A DNA stretch of 47,620 nt from Octopus sinensis (taxonomy: Eukaryota), in NCBI RefSeq assembly GCF_006345805.1, contig NW_021834536.1, forward strand, positions 1 through 47,620, read 5' to 3'. Position numbers and translations under genes: made by a program. This document shows, one piece after another, positions 14,261 through 25,593 of this stretch (position 1 is its first letter; each line of letters starts with the position of its first letter). The notes under the pieces are model-generated. The model was not told the origin of the DNA. It saw nothing but the letters and a program-made list of their open reading frames with translations, and did no database searches.

Positions 14261-14282
14261 CATTTCTCTGTTCTCTTTGCAG
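14261..14282 (+). promoter_or_regulatory. 3' splice site (polypyrimidine tract + CAG)
   Basis: catttctctgttctctttgcag directly before the receptor-like frame. Confidence 0.85.
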
Positions 14283-14657
14283 CAACCATCGTGGCTGTGA
14301 ACTCTTTCACCCTGCTCGCCCTCTCACTGGAGCGCTATTTCGCGATTTGTCACCCGCTCCGATCTCGACGCTGGCAGACCTTATCCCATGCTTACAAGAT
14401 CATCCTGGGCGGATGGTTGTCGGCGTTATTTTTCACACTTCCGGTGGCCATTTTCCAACGGTTGCGAACCATGCGAAACGGTAATAAACTTTGCATCGAG
14501 ATTTGGCCAGACAAAACTTTGGGAAAAGTTTATCAAATATTCTTGGATATTATACTTTTCTTGTTACCGTTAATGATGATGATGGTTGCCTACAGCCTGA
14601 TAGCCAAGACACTCTCCGTCAATTTTGACAAAGACTTGGCACTACCAACACAGCAAG
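14283..14657 (+). CDS. CCKR: Internal coding exon (phase 1 to phase 1) of a CCK/gastrin/sulfakinin-type class A GPCR; TM3 C-terminal half, ICL2, TM4, ECL2, TM5, start of ICL3
   Basis: Frame reads (x)TIVAVNSFTLLALSLERYFAICHPLRSRRWQTLSHAYKIILGGWLSALFFTLP...KLCIEIWP...LLPLMMMMVAYSLIAKTL...PTQQ(G). ERY motif plus AICxPLxSRxWQTxSHAxK is characteristic of CCK/sulfakinin receptors; TM4 Trp, ECL2 Cys, TM5 Pro and Tyr present. Bounded by polypyrimidine tract + AG (14281-14282) and GTACGT (14658-14663). Symbol is family-level only. Confidence 0.93.
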
Positions 14658-14663
14658 GTACGT
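14658..14663 (+). promoter_or_regulatory. 5' splice site
   Basis: CAAG|GTACGT; receptor-like sequence ends here and the ORF then runs into a stop at 14690-14692. Confidence 0.85.
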
Positions 14664-15589
14664 CTATTTGTCATTTTAGCATCAAATTCTAACAACATAC
14701 TGGTATACCTGTTGACATATTCTCTTCTTCATCGTTATCTTTGTTATTTTATCCTTTTTTTGTATTTGTTTTTCTAAACTTTTTTTTTAGTATCGTGCCA
14801 GAGATTATTGATAAAATTATCTACAAACTATTCCATGCACGACTATTAAGTTTTTCTGCTCCAACAACGTGAATCTAATATTTCCTAATCCAACAGATAT
14901 GTATGATATCATACATTTTCAGAGAAAAAAGCGTGATTTAAGAATGATGTAAGATAAACGGTATTACATATTCCCCAAAAAAAGTTTCGTGCATTCTGCT
15001 GTTTGATCGACTAAACCATTCTGCACAACAAAATAGACAAATTCAATACTGTATCCTTTCTGTAAGATACAGTAAACTCATTCTACACAACATTGCACAT
15101 AAACAACGGAAAAAGGAACGAAAGTATTAATTCTAAAGTGAAAAGTATGATGGAGACCAAAAGGGCGATTAAAAGAAATATAATTTCAAATGAGTAATTA
15201 GTCCAAATATAAAGAAAACATATAAGGCTTTAAATTCATATAAAAATAACAGATTTTCGATCAGTTTTTGGCTTTTCTGCTACAAAATGCATATTCCTCC
15301 AGTCTAGCTTTGTTACATTCTATTTCACGCTGAATCTCCCTGAGCACGCGGGTTTGTGGAGTGTCCACCCACTTGCACGTTCGTTTCCCGGACATAAGTG
15401 TTTCGTTGATCGGATAAAGAGGAACGCTCATCATCGTAGCCGACGGAGGACCAGTTACGTCGCCATGAGTTCAAATCGCTATTGAATCCTACTCTTCAGG
15501 GAGGTATGAGCTAGAAGTATGTACCGGGTTAGTTTAATCTTTTATACTTTCTACCGCAGCATTTATGCTCTTGATTTAATAAGGAAACC

Positions 15590-15750
15590 CTACCTGGTGG
15601 TTGAACTAGCTAGAAATAGCAACCAAATCTTCACTGTATCAGCTGATGTTATACTTGAAAATTTGAGAATGTCATGAGTGGTATGCCTTATATTGATCAT
15701 TGATCTCCTCCATCAGAATCACCCTGGGGTTAAACAACGCTAATAACTTC
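15590..15750 (+). mobile_element. Degenerate interspersed repeat (probable SINE 3' portion, family 4)
   Basis: 15610-15630 is 20/21 identical to the reverse complement of 19793-19813; boundaries approximate. Confidence 0.5.
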
Positions 15751-16611
15751 GCGTTGCACTGCTTCGAGAACTTTGAAGAATTTCAGAGTGTTCCAAAGCG
15801 CATTCATCACAGCAGCAATCCCTTTTAATTAATTCATCAGTTTACTCCTTCGCCGTGGACTTGGGGGCTAAACAAAAACAACAACAACAACAACAACAAC
15901 AAAAGTGGCATTTATGGAACAATCCCCGTTAATTATGCGTTGGGTGCTGCAAGTAAAAACATTCTAAACGAATTAAAATTTCTATTTTGATGGTAGAAGC
16001 AAAACCAGGATCTACCGGAAATTATTAACGACACTCAAAGAACAACTACATCCGGGCATTCTTTTCGATCTTTTGAAATGGAAATTTCAATTAAGAAATC
16101 CATAAGTACAACATTCACCACATCATCCTATAACTGAAAAATCAAAATTCATGTCATTGGCATATTTGCATTATCTCCCCTAGATAACCTTTTTTTTAAA
16201 TAAAATAATGATTTAAAACCCTAATCACATATTTATTCGATACTCGTCACTTTGCGGACTGTAAGATCATAAAATTATAATTCAAACGGTTTGCCCATTT
16301 AAACACGGCCACCCTTAATACAAAACATATTCAGATACAAAAAGTAAGAATTAAAAACTTATTAAAATTTTGCCTCTATTTTTCATTTTCACAAAAATAA
16401 ATGTTATATTACGTATTTTTTTTTAAATTGAGTAAATAATTGAAATTTAGTTTGTCTTTCTTAGAGAAGGATTACTAAATAATATTTTAATACTGTTTAA
16501 CTAAAAATGCTTATTTTAAAAATATTGAAAAAATTATTTGAAGTACAACAAACTCTCTTTATGTATAGATATGTATAAATATATTCATATATATCATTTT
16601 TAACATGAATC

Positions 16612-16718
16612 GTATCAACAGTGACTTCGAAGTTTCGGCCAGCTCACCGATAATGATCAGTAATGAGGATTACTGATGATGAATTCGATGGCCGAAACTT
16701 TGAATTCACTGTCAATAC
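16612..16718. repeat. 107-bp palindromic element with hammerhead-like motifs in both arms
   Basis: Arms 16612-16641 and 16689-16718 are 26/30 complementary; inner perfect 9-bp stem 16656-16664/16669-16677. Confidence 0.85.
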
Positions 16719-17206
16719 TATTCATGTGAAAGAATAATTAATTTGTAAGCTACCAAATGTATTGAATAAGCCATCGATTTAATTTTAGAATGGCCTTATT
16801 GTAACATAAAAACCAACTTTAATGTATTCATTCATTTACACACTCACGCACTCACACACATACACACATATATATTTGTATATATATATGTATGTATGTG
16901 TGTGTATATACAAAATTTCTTTCCTTCAAGTAACATGAAACGAAAACTTCTTATGGCAGCATGAATTTGTTACATTCTTACTAATTTCTTAGTCATAATT
17001 AGCACAAGCGAAACCGGTCGTCGATATAAATATTTTATTTCACAGACACACACACATAAACACAGACACACACATATAAATAATTCATATAAAATGTATA
17101 TGGCCATAGTGGGCATATACATTTTATAGGAATTTAATAATGAATTTCCTGAAATAACGGGCGGTCTGTATAAACGGGTGGTCAAATAGAAAATTAGAAC
17201 TGTATA

Positions 17207-17263
<57 letters not shown>

Positions 17264-18290
17264 TTTGTCCAAATAAAGTTTCTGTGCACTTTCCTTATAT
17301 TTTTCACTACAATTCACCACAGAAAAATATTGTTATCGAACCACATATATACTGCGATTTCTCTTCTTCGACTTCTCCATGAACAGCATTCCTGATCAAA
17401 CTTCTCATTATATGCTTATACTGTGACTTACTGGCTGTTATACAGAATACTTGGACGTATTTTCTAGCAGGTCGACCAGCCACATAAAAGTTCATACCCT
17501 TGTGAATATATGCGTGTGTATATCAATAATACGCTTATAATAGACAACGAACATCAAAGGGAATATCTTTTTCATAATTTTGTTCACTAAATTAATGTAA
17601 CATTTCGGTGAAATCTCTCAGACAAAATTTCTTCATGCATAAACAAAGTGGTTAATGATAACTTTGTGCGAATTATTTATATTTAAGATAAGGAATCTTT
17701 TCATGATTTGTATTATTTTTTTTTAATTTAAATTTCACAAGTGATGTATATCGATAAATATTTGGGTGAAAAATAATATATAGCAGAATTTGCTATTTTA
17801 CTCGCTAAAGATTTTTGTCAAATAGTTTAGCAAATGCAAAAGTAACTACTTTCAGACAGCGGTAAAAACCGTATATGGTATTGTTTTACCAATTGAAGGT
17901 TTTAATAAAAGCATCGCACCTTTTGATTACTTTTCACTTTTTTCTTATTCTCTCGTCGACTTAAACTTTTCCCATCATGACACTGACAATTGTATTTCAG
18001 GGGGGAAATGACCAAGTTCTGCTGATGTGCGAGAAATAATGACCAAAAGCAAATTGTAAACCTTATTTTCCTTTGTGCTACGTATGAGAATTCAACGAAA
18101 ATTTGAATAAATACCCTGCTTGTTTTATCGTTTCCCGACATAGATTATTTGAAAATCCCATTGATGAAAGGTTAAGCGTAACTGACGGACAGAAAAAAAC
18201 GGCTCTCATAATATAGCTAAACTTCATACAAAGGGCGGTGAATTGACTGGATCGCTAAGTTACGAGAACGTTTGACAAGCAGTCGTGAAG

Positions 18291-18372
<82 letters not shown>

Positions 18373-18374
<2 letters not shown>

Positions 18375-18528
18375 GACAGGCTTCTTTCATTTTCCGTCTA
18401 GCAAATTCATTTACAATGCATTAGTCGGCTCGAGGCCATAACAGAATGAACTTATCCAAGTTACCAGGCAGAGAACCCGAAACTATGCGTTTCGGAAGTC
18501 AACTTACCACACATCCACGCCTGCGCCT
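18373..18528 (-). mobile_element. tRNA-derived SINE family 2 (CORE-like), degenerate 5' half
   Basis: Colinear with 23390-23546 (cgacgggcttc...gtcggcccgaggccata...gaacccg...cacgcc). Confidence 0.75.
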
Positions 18529-18959
18529 CTATGCAACTTGGCAGTTAATAATTCTTGCAGTTCTCCCAACGTTCCATTCTCTCAGAGCATGAATATTTCA
18601 GAAAAGGTTTTAAATGAGAGAAGCCAATCACCACAACCAACAATAATAATAATAATAATAATAATAATAATTGTCTTTATATCATTATACTTGATTGTTT
18701 CTCTTCTCTTAGTCCTAATTATCACGTGATTAAATTTCTTTCTCAGCCATGTTTCCTTTTGTTCCCCATTCGTTTCTTAGGGGAGGGGGTAGAAATTTGG
18801 CGGAAAGTGGTGTCGGAAGTAGTTTTGTTTTGTTTGCTTGAGAAAAATATTTGTAATTACAATTACTTCATATTAAATTATCTCAAATTTACCGATTTTA
18901 ATAATTACTTTTTCGACGAGTATTCTTGTCAATGAACGCACGACTATGCTATTCAAGGC

Positions 18960-19365
18960 TTGCAACAACAGTTTGTTTTTGCTGTTGTTGTTGTTAGTAG
19001 TGGTGGTAATGGTGATGTTGTTAGTAATCGTCGTAGTGACAGTAGTGTAATGACTGTTGTTGTTGGTGTTGTTGTTTTAAGTGGTGGCGGTGGAGGTGAT
19101 ATTGTCACTGCTAGAAGTGCAACTGGTGCTGTTGATCTTGTTATGTGTGGTGGGAACGGCGGTGATGGTGGTGGTTTGGGTGAGGGTAATTGTGGTGGTG
19201 GTGGTGGTGGTAGCGGCGGTGATGATGGTGGTTTGGGTGATAGTAATTGTTGTGGTGGTGGTGGTGGTAGCGGCGGTGCTGGTGGTAGTGGTGGCGCTGG
19301 TGATAGTGGAGTTCTTGGTTATTATTCTTGTTGTTGTTGTTGTTGTTGCTACTGTTGTTGTTAAG
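18960..19365. repeat. Trinucleotide (GGT/TGT/GTT)n low-complexity tract with a 57-bp tandem duplication
   Basis: Units 19158-19214 and 19215-19271. Confidence 0.85.
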
Positions 19366-19569
19366 CAACAAGACGGGTAAGGGTGATTAGGTGATGGTCT
19401 AGGGCTTAGGGGCGGGAGACCCCAGACCTTGGAAAAATAAAACTTTGGTCGTCTTGTTGTAGTCGAGGGCTTTTCATTGACACCCGACACCACTGGGAGT
19501 TGGCCTTCGAAGTCGCTGGAAATGGAGATCTCCAGGTCCGAATTCTTGTACGGTTGTTGTTGCTGTTGC

Positions 19570-19845
19570 TACAGTCACTGTTGTTCGATCCGGCCTCAGG
19601 TCGAACAGAGACCTATGGTCATAGTTGTTCCAACAGTAACCACCCTTTCCCGTATGCAGAGAACCGTCAACCAAAACTTCATTCGATTTGCTGTAGTTTC
19701 TCCTTATAAGGTAACATATTATTTTCCTCCCAAATATTTACCCAACGTGTCCTTTCCAAAAAAATGGTGGGTTAGGGCCCACTTGACGACGGAGATTTGG
19801 CTGCTATTTCTAGAAGATAGAGCAAATACGTTGAGGCTTCCTCAT
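19570..19845 (-). mobile_element. Degenerate interspersed repeat, family 4, inverted relative to the 15590 copy
   Basis: Shared agatttggctgctatttctag motif; boundaries approximate. Confidence 0.5.
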
Positions 19846-19990
19846 GATGCTGTTGCAGGTTGATGGGTTTTATATTTTGTACTATTATAATGATTGTTGT
19901 TGTTGTAGACGGTGATGTTGGCGGAGTTTCTTTTGTCCAGGGTGTTGTTTTTGTCTTTGGTGTTATTGATGTAGTTGTTGTTGCATTAAA

Positions 19991-20219
19991 TTGGCGAGCT
20001 GGCAGAACCATTAGCACGTCGGGCACGTCTGTCATCATGTTTTGAGTTCAAATTCCGCCGAGGTAGACTTCACCTTTCATCATTCCGGGGTCAACATAAA
20101 TATCATCTTTCCAGAGTTAATAGAATAAGTACCAGATGAGTATCGGGGTGGATTTTTCCCCTCCTCCTTCCCCCTCCCTCAAAATTGCTGGCCTTCTACG
20201 AACACGTGAAACCGATATT
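19991..20219 (+). mobile_element. SINE family 1, tail type C
   Basis: ttggcgagctggcagaacc head, gagttcaaattccgccgagg B box, tail aaattgctggcctt...gaaaccgatatt. Confidence 0.85.
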
Positions 20220-20428
20220 CTTTTCTACTCTGGGTGCAAGGCCCGAAATTTTGGTGGAGGGGGCTAGTCGACTAGATTGAGCTCAGTACACAACTTAATG
20301 TATCGACCCCAAAAGGATGAAAAGCAAATCGACTCCGCGGAATTTGAACTCAGAACATAAAGACGGACGGAATACCGCTAAGCATTTCGCCCGGCGTTCT
20401 AATGTTTCTGCCAGCTCCTCGCCGCCTT
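20220..20428 (-). mobile_element. SINE family 1, tail type B
   Basis: Reverse complement gives aaggcggcgag...ctggcagaaac head, gagttcaaattcc, and tagccccctccaccaaaatttcgggccttg tail. Confidence 0.88.
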
Positions 20429-20459
20429 ACAATGAGAGACCGATACTAACGTTGTTGCG

Positions 20460-20675
20460 AAGACGGTGAACCAGTAGAATCGGTAGCACACCGGATAAAA
20501 ATGCTTCGCCGCATTTCGTCCGACCTTATCTTCTGGGTCCAAAAAATCCGGAGTCGACTTTACCTTACATTCTTTCGGAATAAGAACTGTTTGAGATCTA
20601 GGGTCGATTTAGTCAACATGCTCCGGCAACCCCAGAAAATTTGCTGACCTCGTGCCAAGATTCGAAACCGATATT
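20460..20675 (+). mobile_element. SINE family 1, degenerate, tail type C
   Basis: agacggtgaaccagtagaatcggtagc head, gtcgactttacc, tail aaatttgctgacctcgtgccaagattcgaaaccgatatt. Confidence 0.8.
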
Positions 20676-21725
20676 TTTGTTGTTGTAGGTTGCGGTGTTT
20701 TCGATGTTGCAGCCTGTGTTAACGGTGGTGTTTGTCTTTATTACTGATATCGATGAGGTTATTAAAGCCGATGTTGATCTGGCTGTTATCAACTTTGCTG
20801 CTTTTCTTGTTGTTGCAGCTTTCGTCATTGCTGTGGTGGTTGTTGTTGTTGTTGCTGTTGTTGTTGAAATCTTCCTTTCTGCTCCTCCATTTCTTTAAAG
20901 ATTTTATTGTCTTCTCTCAAAAGAAGAGATTCACTCTGTTTCTATTTCTGTTTGTCGATAACTTTTTTATTATGACAAATAGTTTCCAAATAAAATATCC
21001 AGAATCGATAATCAACATGTTTTGTAATTGATTTTAAGAATCATTATTCTTGCTGCTGCTTCTGTTGTCTTTCTTGTTTTTCTTGTTCATGATGATGACA
21101 TTGTCATCATCTCCACCACCACCAACTCCACCAATGCCACCACAACAACAACAACGACGATGAGGATGATGAACATGATTTCATATATATGCCACCAAGT
21201 TGACGGATGGAGTGGACAATAAAAAAGAGAGGCGTAAAATATAGGAATTTAGATAAAATGGTATGATAGAAAGAAGGAAGTGGTAAAAAATATTCACGAT
21301 ATACAGTATAAAGAAAAGAAAAGAATTAGACAGAGCACAAGTTCAGAAGTAAATGTAAATAAAAGCGGGTGGTTGTGTTGTGATCCTCCTGATACAGGAA
21401 CAATCGGGGAACCCCACCATTCAAGATATTCAATACGAGGGGCAAGCCCCTATTCCAATCCCTGTTCTCCGACTGACAGATTCTCAGAGCGGTGACATTC
21501 TGTCTTGTCATTTTGCCACATCCACCCACCATTGTATAAATTCAACAGAAGACAGTACCTCCCTCTCTATTATCATTTTCCGTTTCAAGGGAAACTTGGA
21601 AAACTCGATGAGTGTTCTATCAAAGAGGAGCATTTCGGTCCTCATAGCTGTCGACGTCGTCCACCAGACAACTTATTTCGAGATACGTACCAAACAAATG
21701 AAAAACTTCCTTACCTGCGTCAACG

Positions 21726-21860
21726 GATACTTTTTTCTGACTTCAGAAAAGGCCGAAGGCAAAGTCGACTTCAACAGAATTTGAATTCAGAACATAAAGA
21801 CGAGCGAAATGCTGCTAACCGTTTTGCCCGGACTGCTAATGGTGCTACCAGCTTGCTACT
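21726..21860 (-). mobile_element. SINE family 1, 5' half
   Basis: aaggcaaagtcgac...aatttgaattcagaac...gcgaaatgctgctaacc. Confidence 0.75.
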
Positions 21861-22448
21861 TTTATGCAACAACAAAACCGAAGAAAAGCAAACAACGAAA
21901 GTGAATCCTCAAAAACAAAACTATCTACAATAATAGTACCATCTACAACAACATTAACGACCACAACAACAACAATCATCATAATAATAAAAAATATAAA
22001 ACCCAAAAACCATCAAGAGCACCATAACGGACCCGTGTCACATACAACAGCAGCTATTCGCCATAATTCCATAAGTCAGCAATACCCGAATACGGAACGA
22101 GTACATGCATCTGAAAGAAGCCAGTCAGACAGCACATCCGTACACTTGAGGCGAGGCTGGGCAGCTCGGATGGGTCGAGCGTGCAATGCGAAATGGTTCC
22201 GATTGATGGCAATTTATTTTGACCACCGAACAAGTGGCACTGTATATTGCAGAGAGAAACAGCAGGCGGTCCATGTATGAACTAAAGGCACATAACGTTG
22301 CTGACCTGTCGCCCTCGTCAACCAGCTGCGTGAAGCCCCATTCCCATTAGTACTTAGAAATAAGATGTTAGACCATAAACCGCAGCAAACAGAGATGGTG
22401 ATGATGATGGTCATGATGGTGATGAGTGATGGGGGGCAAAATGTTTGC

Positions 22449-22560
22449 CTTCCAACTCACTGCGCAACACATTCGGCAAATGTTTTTACTATACGCTAAA
22501 TCCGCCCAAAGCGTTGTGTTGGATTTGGTAGACAGAAGCCGAAAAAAGTCCGACGTATAT
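22449..22560 (+). mobile_element. SINE family 2, degenerate 5' half
   Basis: cactgcgcaacacattcggcaaatg...ggatttggtagacagaagccgaaaaaagtccgacgtatat aligns to 37990-38105. Confidence 0.7.
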
Positions 22561-22572
22561 ACACACACACAA

Positions 22573-22643
<71 letters not shown>

Positions 22644-23159
22644 AGCATATATATAATATAGGTGTCTTATTAGCAATTAAAACTGAAGGGAAAATTTATT
22701 ATAAAAGTGAAGGGCACAAAGAAGCACCAGAATTGCTAGAAATAAGAGTCAAAACGACTCAATTAGCCACAAAAAACACTATCTTAATAAGTTGGCGAAA
22801 GAGATGAAGCGAGAAAGCTCCGTACTATAAGTGAGACAAACTCCCGACTGAAGCAGCAGATATAACCATATCACGGGATTTTATATTCCGATGCATTGCG
22901 TCTCATTTCTCGTCAGTGGATCTTACTGCACCCAAGCTTAAGCTTAACTCGTCTCCTCATTTCATAAGAAACACCTTTGAACGCATGCGCCGTTTCAAAA
23001 CGGTAGAAGTGTAGTTTATAAATTTTACAGGTAGCTAATTAGCAATTAAAACCTAAACGCGAGTTTATAAACGTCAGTTTATACGTGTGTGTGTATTTGT
23101 GTATGTGCGTGCGCACGTGTAAATATATGTGTGCGTGTGTGTGTTTTCCTCTATTTTTT

Positions 23160-23546
23160 ATTTGTTTGTCATTTGACTGCGGCCATGCTGGGGCACCACT
23201 TTAGTCGAACAAATCGACCCCCAGGACTTATTCGTTGTAAGCCTAGTACATATCCTATCTTTTGCCGAACCACTTAGTTACGGGGACGTAAACGCACCAG
23301 CATCGGTAGTCAAGCAATGGTGGGGGGGGACAAACACAGTCACACAAACATATACAGATATACACATATGTGTATATATATATATGTACGACGGGCTTCT
23401 TCCAGTTTCCGTCGACCGAATCGACTCGCGAGGCTTTGGTCGGCCCGAGGCCATAGTAGAAGACACTTGCCTAAGGTGCTACACAGTGGGACTGAACCCG
23501 GGACCATGTGGTTGGTAAGCAAGCCACTCACCCCAAAAGCCACGCC
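23160..23546 (-). mobile_element. SINE family 2 (tRNA head, CORE-like domain, internal CA/TA microsatellite), near full length
   Basis: Minus strand: gggttcagtccc B box, gcaccttaggcaagtgtcttctactat CORE-like segment, tail ...gcatggccgcagtcaaatgac. Confidence 0.9.
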
Positions 23547-25272
23547 GTATATACACATGCAGTGGATTCAGAATAATTTCTGAGAACGTGCATTTTCAGG
23601 TGTCCCGTTTGATGCAAAACGTTCGGCAATTTCTCTTGAACTGCTATTACTTGCCTGGCATCATACCTGTGTCCATTCAATCTTTTATTTAATTATGATT
23701 CGTGATGGAATTGACTTGACTCGTGTTGTTGCACAATGAACAGGGCTTACCTGTCTTGCGGCTGATTTTCAAGGTGCAGCGTTCAGACGCTTCAATGACA
23801 GTTTTCTTGGAGTTATTTGCAATTAAAACTGAAGGGAAATTTTATTATAAAAGTGAAGGGCACATTAATATTTCTCTCCTATTTTTATTACATCTAAAGG
23901 CTGCAATTAGGCGGCAGAGAGAATATTTGTTTGAAATGAGTATATTTATCTTCACGCAACACTTTTGAAATGCCAGCGAAATTTCGGTGCCAGTTAATCA
24001 CTAAAGGAATTATGTCACATATTTGTTAAAATTATATGTAAATGTTTGACTTTCCTTGCCAATCTTAGCTGTGTCATTTACAATTTCCTTTAATTGTGAT
24101 TTACTATAATCCCGTTTGACATAATGATGTACAAAAGCATTTGCAGGTTTCCAGTAATCGCATATGTCAGTCCAAATGCATGAGGACAAATATATTTGTG
24201 AATTACTAAAAGCACATCCTGGAGGAATGCAGAAAATGACAGGTGAATTTCATCATATTTACACAAAACTCTTCTACTAACTATAATTTTTCCTTTTTTC
24301 TTTTCATTTCTTTCTTTTTCTTGTTTTTTGATGACGTCATTCTATCAAAATATGAACGCTGGATTTCTTCGTTTATACTTTGAATTTCTGTTTCTGCATT
24401 TACTTTCATTTTGCATTTTGAAACTAAAGAAGGCAGACGACCTGTTGGAATAATCTATTACAAATCGCATCCCGCTTCTCGTTCTTCTTCTTCTTCTTAT
24501 TATTATTATAACCAGCGAAACCCGTGAATATTTAATGGAATTAATGGTTAACTTCTTGTTTTTTTTCTTCTGAAATCTTTATCCTTAAAAAATCTGAAAG
24601 TGTAGCCAGAGTTTAGTCTGTATCAAAAGATAGTCACTCATCTGTTCCTCATTGAAAAGTGAAGAAAATTGGAATACGACGATTACATAACGCACTTTAT
24701 ACATACACTTTATATACTTTTTGCACAATTTTATATACTTAATACACATTCTCTCCCTCTTTCTCACTCTTCACTTCAACGTTTTCTCCTTTTTTTTCGC
24801 TCTTCGCCTTTCCCTTCAACTAATCACGTGAAAGCGTTGTTACAGACGGGCTAAGTAACGGAGGAAAAACCTCAGTTTTTAAAAAAAAAATTAGACATTT
24901 CACACAGCATCACCTCTTCCTCCCTCCTTCCCATATCCCCACTTCCGACTACGTCTAAGTAACGGAGGGACCAGCAGAATCCTTATAAGATTGACATCAC
25001 AGTCCCAAGGGCACTGATCACGGCACCATACTCACTTGTGAGGCTCTTTGCACGTATTTTACTTCCAATGCTGGGCCATGCTACTTCTCGACTTTCGCAT
25101 TGTCTGTCTTCACAATATTCTGGTCTGCGATGTTGATAAAGACCCATTCTTTGTATTCGTTCCGTAAGAGAGTGAGATCTAATCGCTCATTCTGCAGTTT
25201 CTTACCTGTAAAGATATCCTCACATATCCCACGTGAGTTTCGCTTGATTCATTCTGTTATTCTTATCATCAT

Positions 25273-25593
25273 CAGAATCGGCAGCATGCCGGACGAAATA
25301 TTTGGTAGTATTTCGTCCGGCTTTACGTCCTGAGTTCAAATTCCGCCGAAGTTGACTTTGCCTTTAATCCTTTCGGGGTCGATAAAATAAGTACTTGGGT
25401 CGATGTAATTGACTAGCCCCTCCCCAAACAATTTCAGGCCTTGTGCCTATAGTAGAAAGGAGGTCGACTTTGCCTTTCATCCTTTCGGGGTCGATAAATT
25501 AAGTACCAGTTTCGCACTGGGGTTGATGTAATCCCTTTGTCTGTCCTTGTTTGTCACCTCTATGTTTAGCCCCTTGTGGGCAATAAAGAAATA
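25273..25593 (+). mobile_element. Composite SINE family 1: type B copy (25273-25460) followed by a 5'-truncated type A copy (25460-25593)
   Basis: Central domain gactttgccttt..atcctttcggggtcgataaa occurs twice, with two different tails. Confidence 0.88.

Noticed and set aside
14291-14692. ORF-track start (GTG) and stop for the receptor
   Set aside because: The segment is an internal exon; the start and last 11 codons are artefacts of ignoring splice sites.
18960-19493. Gly/Val/Thr/His-rich ORFs as a cephalopod structural protein gene
   Set aside because: Trinucleotide tract open in several frames on both strands, no ATG or signal peptide, no splice context.
21380-21450. Minus-strand WGSPIVPV resembling the Ty3/Gypsy RT WASPIVPV motif
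   Set aside because: Single short motif with an upstream stop and no further RT motifs.
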